A stretch of 64,000 nucleotides of DNA from a virus: the IMG/VR virus record IMGVR_UViG_3300030098_004420, positions 1 to 64,000 of that record. The stretch is one strand, 5' to 3'. Positions within the stretch are counted from its first letter, which is position 1, and the number at the start of each line of letters is the position of its first letter. A program made the position numbers and the translations under genes. Shown in pieces: positions 48,201 through 56,100 of the stretch. Under the pieces are notes generated by a model that did no database searches, had not been told where the DNA came from, and worked only from the letters and a program-made list of their open reading frames with translations.

Positions 48201-50005
48201 ATGATAATACTTCCCCAAGATCTGTAAGGTCATGTCTCAATCCAATTGATGTAGATGTTAGTACACCAGGAATTTCAACTATTGGAATTGGAACAACTAG
48301 TAATGCATATGGACATAAATTTGTACAAACAGATGATCCTACTAGTGTAGCAGGTGGTAGTTACACAGTTTGTGATGGTGATTTATGGTATGATGAAACT
48401 GCTAGTGGTGGATCAGGTGGTGGTGTAACTGATGGTGATAAGGGTGATGTAGTTGTAAGTGGTAGTGGAACGATTTGGAATTTAGATACTACTGGAGTAA
48501 GTGCAGCATCATATACTAATGCTGATATTACTGTAGATGCGAAAGGTAGAATAACTGCAGCATCTAATGGTTCTGGTGGCGGTGGTTCATCTACATTATC
48601 TGGACTTACAGATACAACAATTGCTTCTCCTGCTAAGAATCAGACATTAATATATGATGGTTCAACAAATAAGTGGAGAAATATAACTCAGAGTGTTGCT
48701 AATGTTAAAGATTATGGTGCAGTAGGTGATGATAGCACTGATGATACAGCAGCGATTCAAGCAGCAATAGATTCTTTATCTGGTAATACTAATAACTATG
48801 AAGATGGTGGTATTGTATTTTTCCCTGCTGGTATATACAGAATTGCTAGTGCTCTTTCATTAGATACTGCAGATACTAGCATATCATTAATGGGTGCATC
48901 TAAACATGCTCCAATTACTGCTGCTGAAGTTGGTGGTTCTGTCATTAGATCAACTAGTACAACTGCTAATGCTATTGAAATAGCAAATTCAAGAGCACTT
49001 TATATTGGTAATCTTGCAATTGATACTAGTGTTACAAAGACAAATGGAACTGCTATTCAGTTAGTTTCGACTTCTGATCGTCAGGCAATGACAATAGAAC
49101 AAGTTTATATTAAAGGTTTCTGTAAGGGAGTTGATATAGATGGATATGCACAAACTAATGTAAGAGATGTAGAGATAAGAGAACAACCTAATTCTGCTAA
49201 TAGTACGTTTGGAGTTAGAGTTGCGTGTACTAGTGATACTCGTGTAGATCAGGTTAGATTGGAAAATGTTGTTATTGATGCTGTACATAGTGGTAGTAGT
49301 AAGCATGATTATTCTACTGGGTATCTATTTGAAGATTATGTTAATTCAATTTGGATGAAGGACTGTGTAACACTTCGTTCTAATATTGGTATTAAATTTG
49401 ATTCAACTATGGGTAATGGTTTAAGTGGTACTAGTGGAGCATATCATAGATTAGTAAATTGTGATGCCGATCAAAATAAATCGCATGGCATTGTAATTGC
49501 TGGTGGTACTATAATATGGATTGATAATGCATATGTAAGTGCTAATGGTGGGGATGGTTTACTGACTGAAAGTACTTTTGGAGGAACACTTGAGATTGGT
49601 AGTGTAGATTGTAGATTAAATCAAAATCATGGTATAAATATAGGAGCAAATCATGCAAAGATTCGTATAAGAGATCCTCATTGTGCTAATAATAGTCAAT
49701 CTTCCAGTAATACATATCATGGTATTAATATAGCTTCAGGTGCAGAAGATATTCAGATTATAGGTGGACAATGTGGAGGAGATGAATATGGAACCTCAGG
49801 TGGGACAACTCTTCAAAGTTATGGTATAATGTTCCTTAGTAATAATCATAAACGTATACAGGTCATAGGAGTTGATTGCACTGGTAATAATGCTGGTGGT
49901 GGAGCAATAGGATGGCAGACATCAGGTGATAATACAACTGCTGGTTCCTATAATTTTATTCAGTTTGTTGCTGGATACTCCACTGGACAAACTACATTCC
50001 CTTAA
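45221..50005 (+). CDS. Tail fibre / tailspike with C-terminal pectate-lyase-like beta-helix
   Basis: Fibre repeats then NVKDYGAVGDDSTDDTAAIQAAID...VFFPAGIYRI. Confidence 0.85.
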   Translation: MPKYLSGRVKRTPQSALTDDRYQYLGLEQAEPNIGDPTTSLPAVPVGQQYQLVSLVNYPGERYWVTKSGGIIPGAISLYDEGSLVGTADSITQVDFRGNAINVVADPYVDGVSTGVAGTVTVRPPGDNGSVLFKSSDDFATSANLVFDTTVGILTVGKGLDIGIGGTFFTVSPGTGYAGILTAAPTQELHVLGNFRLEEHLYDYSNSKGTQGNILSRGATGVEWIAQSSVISGAGGTIYEMQYHSTAGTVGGADNFVYRADTNRVGIGSTQPRVLLDVVGVSSFTGDVRVDGAIDGSTLYITGISTFLNVINADGGITANTAKVTDLTSGRVVTVGTGGELKDSANLTYDDYTLSSQGVNVSGTTTTVGLKASGVGTISNIEIGKVDSTTIDTIAGDLKLESAGGSVDISASTTFEVLNVTDSWSVDTGAVTVDGGVGINKNVNIGGSITVSGLSTFTGIGTFGDDLYVEGDLYVKGAQILEEGNFQRLIVSPGISTFKGDVQLHGVNGITSAYWDKSDNALKFIDDTKAIFGTSEDLQIYYTDGDGSNEGSVFKHTGPHDMRFQVPTGSHDIVFETTSGANLAVYNADGAVDLYYRGGTGAGRKFETTSHGAKITGILTVTQNVEAVDGILSGILTVSDVSYLNANVVLGDADTDNITVVGRVDSNIVPDADNTYDLGTDVLRWRTGYFQTISGLTNLDVNYLYVSGIATFKDDVQFHGANGITSAFWDKSANRLKFNDESYASFGTGNDLKIYHTNTLRDQNDSNGDSIVDGRTSLIEEVGPGGLIFKSNGGDGPGAYQFFDQDWRNLLKLHGGNNARAVIYSQGNPRIETTGVGATFYGNVGINSLTVSGIATFASAVHDSTGSAGNSGWILSSLGASGTQWIDTGTVSVENAEKVRVNSKSDDNTYHITFVDDTSTAYQGINVDNDSLTWNASTNLLTAQKLKVQSIEEWASVDTGANEQVITADGTGGWTWKDNTSGGIGTVFVKQFSDDNTSPRSVRSCLNPIDVDVSTPGISTIGIGTTSNAYGHKFVQTDDPTSVAGGSYTVCDGDLWYDETASGGSGGGVTDGDKGDVVVSGSGTIWNLDTTGVSAASYTNADITVDAKGRITAASNGSGGGGSSTLSGLTDTTIASPAKNQTLIYDGSTNKWRNITQSVANVKDYGAVGDDSTDDTAAIQAAIDSLSGNTNNYEDGGIVFFPAGIYRIASALSLDTADTSISLMGASKHAPITAAEVGGSVIRSTSTTANAIEIANSRALYIGNLAIDTSVTKTNGTAIQLVSTSDRQAMTIEQVYIKGFCKGVDIDGYAQTNVRDVEIREQPNSANSTFGVRVACTSDTRVDQVRLENVVIDAVHSGSSKHDYSTGYLFEDYVNSIWMKDCVTLRSNIGIKFDSTMGNGLSGTSGAYHRLVNCDADQNKSHGIVIAGGTIIWIDNAYVSANGGDGLLTESTFGGTLEIGSVDCRLNQNHGINIGANHAKIRIRDPHCANNSQSSSNTYHGINIASGAEDIQIIGGQCGGDEYGTSGGTTLQSYGIMFLSNNHKRIQVIGVDCTGNNAGGGAIGWQTSGDNTTAGSYNFIQFVAGYSTGQTTFP

Positions 50006-50028
50006 TAAATAGACAAAAGATATAAATT

Positions 50029-51615
50029 ATGGCGTTAAAGATAAGAAAAGATGGTGCTTGGGTAAACATTGCGGATCTTGGTGTCAAGGGACAAAAAGGT
50101 GAGAAAGGAGAGAAGGGAGAAAAGGGTGAAAAAGGACAGAAAGGACAGAAAGGTGAGAAAGGACAAAAAGGTGAAGCTGGAGAAGTAGCAGAAAAAGGGC
50201 AGAAAGGTGAGAAGGGAGATAAAGGTCAGAAAGGTGAAATAGGTGGCCAAGGTAATAAAGGTCAGAAAGGTGAAGTTGGTGATAAAGGTCAGAAAGGTGA
50301 GGATGGGGATAAAGGTAATAAAGGAGAAAAGGGTGAGAAAGGAGAAAAAGGAGAAAAAGGTATAGAAGGTGCAGCTGCTGATAAAGGGCAGAAAGGGGAG
50401 AAAGGTGAAAAGGGTCAGAAAGGTGCAATAGGTGGAACTGGTGATAAGGGTCAGAAAGGAGAAGTTGGTGAAAAAGGAGATAAAGGAATTAAAGGTGACT
50501 TTAAAGGGGATAAAGGTGAAAAAGGAGAAAAAGGAGAAAAGGGTCAATCTGGAGACGACGGTAATAAAGGTCAGAAAGGTGAAGATGGAGAAAAGGGAAT
50601 TAAAGGCGACTTTAAAGGAGAAAAGGGACAGAAAGGAGAAGGAGATAAAGGACAGAAAGGAGAAGAACCTGATAAAGGTCAGAAAGGAGAAGGAGATAAA
50701 GGTGACAAAGGAGAGAAAGGGGAGAAAGGTGAAAAGGGTCAGAAAGGTGAAAAGGGTGCTATAGATGAGAAGGGTGCTAAAGGGGAGAAGGGTGAAAAGG
50801 GACAGAAAGGTGACTTTAAAGGAGAGAAAGGAGAGAAAGGACAGAAAGGTGAAAAGGGTGCTGTAGAGGATAAAGGTAATAAAGGTGACAAAGGAGATAA
50901 AGGTGAAAAGGGTGCTATAGATGAGAAGGGTAATAAAGGTGACAAAGGAGAGAAAGGACAGAAAGGTGACTTTAAAGGGCAGAAAGGTCAAAAAGGACAA
51001 AAAGGTGATGTAGAAGAAAAGGGTAATAAAGGTGATAAGGGACTTAAAGGTGAAGAAGGTGCTGGTGCTGATTTAGATATGCAGTATGAGTTACCAAACA
51101 CCACTTATGGTGGTAGTTGGGATACAACACTTAAAACAGGAATTGATACTCTAAAATTTAAAGGTTGGTTACCACCTGGTCCTTCAGTAACATCTGGAAG
51201 TATTGGACCAATAGTAACATCTGGAAGTACTGCTACCGTTTACATGAATGGTGTTCACTCTTCATTTGCTGGATCTTGGCAACTTTTTGCTGCTAGGTGT
51301 ACGGGTACTTGTAATTACAATAGTGGTAGTCCAATACAATCTGGTTGGCAGAATCAATTCTCATCTATGAGTGTTCCTGTTGCTGGTTTTATGCGAGGTA
51401 CTTATACGTTCCCCCTAACTTCAGGATTTGGTTCTCAACCTGCTGTTGTTACAGGACCAAAAGGATATGAACAAACTAAAGGTGTACAGATTTATTGTAC
51501 TGGTCATACCACAACTATAATTGACTTTATAACATTGACTACTACACCTCAAGGTGCATTAAATATTATTGATGTAGTTAGTCAACCATTCTCATTTGCT
51601 GTCTTTGATTGGTAA
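50029..51615 (+). CDS. Collagen-like protein (Gly-X-Lys repeats)
   Basis: About 325 aa of GEK/GQK/GDK triplets with a globular C-terminal domain; AATAAATA upstream. Confidence 0.9.
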   Translation: MALKIRKDGAWVNIADLGVKGQKGEKGEKGEKGEKGQKGQKGEKGQKGEAGEVAEKGQKGEKGDKGQKGEIGGQGNKGQKGEVGDKGQKGEDGDKGNKGEKGEKGEKGEKGIEGAAADKGQKGEKGEKGQKGAIGGTGDKGQKGEVGEKGDKGIKGDFKGDKGEKGEKGEKGQSGDDGNKGQKGEDGEKGIKGDFKGEKGQKGEGDKGQKGEEPDKGQKGEGDKGDKGEKGEKGEKGQKGEKGAIDEKGAKGEKGEKGQKGDFKGEKGEKGQKGEKGAVEDKGNKGDKGDKGEKGAIDEKGNKGDKGEKGQKGDFKGQKGQKGQKGDVEEKGNKGDKGLKGEEGAGADLDMQYELPNTTYGGSWDTTLKTGIDTLKFKGWLPPGPSVTSGSIGPIVTSGSTATVYMNGVHSSFAGSWQLFAARCTGTCNYNSGSPIQSGWQNQFSSMSVPVAGFMRGTYTFPLTSGFGSQPAVVTGPKGYEQTKGVQIYCTGHTTTIIDFITLTTTPQGALNIIDVVSQPFSFAVFDW

Positions 51616-51657
51616 ATATAATATAATATGATATACTATAAGAAATAGAAAGAAATT

Positions 51658-52308
51658 ATGTCTGCTTATAACTTTATACCAAACCCAGATGAAGCACCTG
51701 TTTATACTAAAACAATACTTCATAAAGGATATTTCAGGGGAAAGGAATGTCTCATAATGACCAGGTTATTAGCTGATAATGATGGTGCTTGGACATGTGA
51801 TCAGAGAGATGAATTAGGAATCCATACTACTACTTTGATGAAGAATGTTTGTAAGGATTGGGATCCAAATGGAGATCATACTGATTTCAAAGAGATTTTA
51901 GATACTGACATACCAAAAGATTTAACTTTTAGAGATGCTTGGAGATATGATAAAACTAAATCTAATGGTATTGGTATTGACATTGCAGATGCGAAAAATT
52001 CACATAAAGCATATATTAGAGCTATTCGTGATCAAAAAATAATTGATCTTGATGTGCAATTTCAAAGAGCATTAGAAGTTGGTGCTGATACAAGTGATAT
52101 TGTTACTAAAAAACAAATTCTTAGAGATCTTCCAGCACAAGTAGATTCTCTTAATGTTACTGAAACAACTGTGGTTGGTATATCAAGTCAAATTAAAGCA
52201 GTATGGAATGATGATTTATTAGGTGCTTTTCCTTATAATCATGGAGCTGTTGTGACAACTATGGATGATGTTAATACTTGGGAGGAATCTATAGGAGTGA
52301 GCACTTAA
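51658..52308 (+). CDS. Tail-fibre assembly-like protein
   Basis: DIPKDLTFRDAW...IRAIRD...LDVQFQRALE...KQILRDLP. Confidence 0.65.
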   Translation: MSAYNFIPNPDEAPVYTKTILHKGYFRGKECLIMTRLLADNDGAWTCDQRDELGIHTTTLMKNVCKDWDPNGDHTDFKEILDTDIPKDLTFRDAWRYDKTKSNGIGIDIADAKNSHKAYIRAIRDQKIIDLDVQFQRALEVGADTSDIVTKKQILRDLPAQVDSLNVTETTVVGISSQIKAVWNDDLLGAFPYNHGAVVTTMDDVNTWEESIGVST

Positions 52309-52313
52309 TATAA

Positions 52314-52844
52314 ATGAGTCTTATTAAAAAATTACAGAATCCCAAAACCTGTAATTATATTGATTTAAAGAATATTATTTTTAGTTTAAATTTTCCTTGG
52401 TTTATAAGGGATGCTCATCCTTGGTTACCTGATGATCACAAAGATGCTCTTAAATTTTTTTCTCATAATTTTTTAGAGAGACCAGATTGTGGGCATCAAT
52501 TATATCCTGAATCATGTTCCGATCATACATCCTTAGTTGGTATCGTTTTAAAAGAAATATTTAATGAAAATAATATTGATGTATCTTGTATTTACAGGAT
52601 GAATGTAAATTTATTAACACCAATATTACCAGTTCAAAGGACTAAAGAACATGTGGACCATACTTTTCCACATAATAATATTTTGATATATTTGACAGAT
52701 GCTGGTGGAAGAACCATAATAGATAATGAGTCTTATGATCCAAATGAGGATGATATTATTGTATTTCCTGGATGTATGCATTGTATAGAAACTTCCCATA
52801 CTAAGAATAGGGTTGTATTAGTGGCTACTTTTCAAGATGGTTGA
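52314..52844 (+). CDS. 2OG-Fe(II) oxygenase-like protein
   Basis: EHVDH (HxD)...ILIYL...IVFPGCMHC...RVVLVATF. Confidence 0.7.
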   Translation: MSLIKKLQNPKTCNYIDLKNIIFSLNFPWFIRDAHPWLPDDHKDALKFFSHNFLERPDCGHQLYPESCSDHTSLVGIVLKEIFNENNIDVSCIYRMNVNLLTPILPVQRTKEHVDHTFPHNNILIYLTDAGGRTIIDNESYDPNEDDIIVFPGCMHCIETSHTKNRVVLVATFQDG

Positions 52845-52869
52845 CACATCAGATCTCGTATGGTATAAT
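52841..52869 (+). promoter_or_regulatory. Consensus sigma70 promoter
   Basis: TTGACA, 17-nt spacer, TGG-TATAAT. Confidence 0.9.
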
Positions 52870-52894
52870 TTCAAAATAGTATGAGTGTATCTTA

Positions 52895-53089
52895 ATGGAT
52901 GATGATACAGTATTGGGAATTATAATCGATTTATGTTCTCGTAAATTTTTATTATTGAGTGAAGAAGGGCAAGAAAAAGAAGTGACTTGTGAAGATCCTG
53001 ATCAGTTTATGAGAGTGTTAAAAGTGTGTACTGATAGGTTAGATGAGTCACAAATTCAGTATGCAGATTTATCAACAAGAGAGATATAA
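52895..53089 (+). CDS. Small hypothetical protein (likely early)
   Basis: 64-aa ORF directly under the consensus promoter. Confidence 0.75.
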   Translation: MDDDTVLGIIIDLCSRKFLLLSEEGQEKEVTCEDPDQFMRVLKVCTDRLDESQIQYADLSTREI

Positions 53090-53152
53090 AAAATAACTTA
53101 CTTTTTAGGTGACTAAATAGAAACATAGAAATATTTTGGTCAATATAAGAAG

Positions 53153-56100
53153 ATGCCTCTTAATAGATTAGAGAATTTTATCAAGAACATTGAAGGAAGG
53201 ATACTTTATGTTAATCCGAATGATCTTGATTCATCCGATAGTATAAACAATGACGGTAATTCGTTAGCACAACCATTCAAGACGATTCAGAGGGCACTCA
53301 TTGAGGCAGCACGATTCTCTTATGTATCTGGTGACAATAACGATTATATAGAAAGAACAACAATACTTGTATATCCTGGTGAACATGTTATTGATAATCG
53401 TCCAGGATACGCAATAAAACCTGATTCTGGTAATCCTACTGTAGCAAAAGCGGTTGCCCCGAATGGTGGAGAGTCGAACGCACAAGATGAGTTTACATTA
53501 ACTCTGACTTCTAATTTTGATATAGAGCAAAAGAATAATATTTTATATAAGTTTAATAGTGTAAATGGTGGTGTTGTTGTACCTAGAGGAACTTCTTTAG
53601 TTGGTTTAGATTTAAGAAAGACAAAGATAAGACCAAAATATGTTCCAAACCCAATAGATCCTGCTGTTCCTACTTCTGCTATTTTTAGAATTACTGGTGC
53701 ATGTTATTTCTGGCAGTTCTCTTTATTTGATGGTAACACAGACGGAACTGTATATACTAACAATAAAAGTTTTGATGGTGTAAATGATGTAGCTACTCCA
53801 CTCTTCTCTCATCACAAATTAACTTGTTTTGAGTATGCAGATGGTGTTAATGTAGCAGCACCTGGATATGAGAAAACTGATCTCGACATGTATTACTATA
53901 AATTAGGTAATGCATTTAATGCTTCAGCATCTACAAAAGAAATTCCTGCTGCAGATAAGTATCCTCTTAATCCTGAAGGTTTTGCAAAGAGAAGACCAGA
54001 ATATGAAATAGTTGGTGCATTTGCAAGTGATCCTATTACTATATCAAATATCATTTCTGGTGATGGATCAACTCCTTCTAGACTTATTACAATTACAACT
54101 GCGAAAGCACATGGATTAAACCAAGGAACACCTATTAAGGTTGATGGAGTAAGTCAAGGAACTAATACTGTAATTTCTTATAATGCTTCTTCAGTTGTTC
54201 AAGAGGTTCTTAGCGATACTCAGTTTACCTATTTAATTAATGGATCTACTACTGGATTATCTGCTAGTACTTCAGGTACAGGACTTAGTGTTGCTAATGC
54301 AACTGTAACTGTTGAGACTGATACTGTAGAAGGTGCATCTCCTTATATCTTTAACTGTTCATTGAGATCAGTTTATGGTATGCAGGGAATGAAGGCAGAT
54401 GGTAAGAAGGCAACTGGTTTCCGTTCAATGGTTGTTGCCCAGTTTACTGGTATTTCATTGCAGAAAGACGATAGAGCATTTGTAAAATATAACAAATCAA
54501 ATAGAACTTATGAAGGTATATCCCTTAGTACTATTACTACTGGTAGTAAATTAGCAGCAGAATCTTCTGCTCTTGATGTAAATAAGGTTTATCATTTAGA
54601 TTCTGATGCAGTTTATAGAAGTGGATGGGAAACTACACACGTTAGTATTACTAATGATGCTATTCTTCAGATAGTTTCTGTGTTTGCTATTGGATATAAT
54701 AAGCATTTTGGTGCAGAGACTGGTGGAGACGCATCTATAACAAACTCCAACTCCAACTTTGGTCAGTTATCATTAAGTTCTGATGGATTTAAAGCAGAAG
54801 CCTTTGAAAAGGATAATACTGCACTTATTACTTCAATTATTACACCAAAATCAATCGCTGGAACTGCTAAAACTAGTGGAGAAAGTACAACTAAGATTGA
54901 TTGGTTCAAGATTGATGCTGCAAAAACTAGAGCAGTTGGTATTAATAGTCATCTTTATGTTAATGGATTCATAAACGATAGTGATGCTCCACCAACTTTA
55001 ACAGCAGGATATCGTATTGGTGCAAGAGGTGGACAGGTAGGAATTAATTCTGGTAGTCAAGAAATATTATATGTAACCATTGGAAAACGATCTAATCCAA
55101 ATAGAGTTACTCGTAGTGCCACTGTTCATATGGTTGATGGTGGTGGAGTAGGTGCAGGTCTTTCTGTTTATATGGGAAGTAGTGTAAGTGTAAAGAGATA
55201 TCCTGTTGTATCTGGTCCAGTTAATAATAAATTTAACATTGGAACACACGAATTAACAACTGGTGAAACTATTAGAGTCTTTAGTGATGATGCAGATCTT
55301 CCTGAAAATCTAGATGATCATACTCTTTATTATGCTATTGTAGATTCTACTACAGAAATTAGAATAGCATCTTCATTTACAGATGCTGAGAATTCAGAGG
55401 CAATCACGATTTATGGTGGATCTAAACTAAGTGTAGAAAGTAGAGTTCATGATAAAGAGTCTGGTGAGATTGGATCTCCTATACAGTTTAATAGTAATGC
55501 TGCAGGACCATTCACTAGAGAGGGTGCTTCTGTAACAGAGACTGCTGGTTGGTATATTACTGTTGATCCTAATAATAGTGTTTATCAAGATATTGCTGCT
55601 CAGACAACCGATCTTCCTGAGGAGGGTACTACCAATGTAAGTTATATTTCTCGAACAGAAGACTCTAGATCTCTTGACGAGAAAATCTACAAGATGAGGG
55701 TTGTTGTTCCTAAAGAAGTTGTAAATGGAAAGAATCCAGAAGAGAGTTTTATTATTCAAGATTCTAGTACTACAGGAGCAAGATCAGCTGCTGATTTCAG
55801 TTTAACTTCTATAGATTCTGATGATTGGGAGTATGGTAGAAATCCAAGATTCATTAGTACATGTACAGTTTCATCAAATGTTGTTACTGTTTTAACCGAT
55901 CTTCCTCATAACTTAAATGTTCATGATAAGGTCACTATTAAAAATGTAAAAAGTACTAACAATACTGCTGGAGCAGCAAATTCTGCATACAATGGTGTCT
56001 TTTCTGTTAGTGAAATTGTTGATAGTAAGTCCTTTAAGTATCCAACGACTGACACTGATGGATTATTACATACTGTAGGTACATTTACAAATGATGTAAC

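Noticed and set aside
50035-51000. Phe/Leu/Ser-rich minus-strand ORFs
   Set aside because: Antisense shadows of the G-X-K repeat
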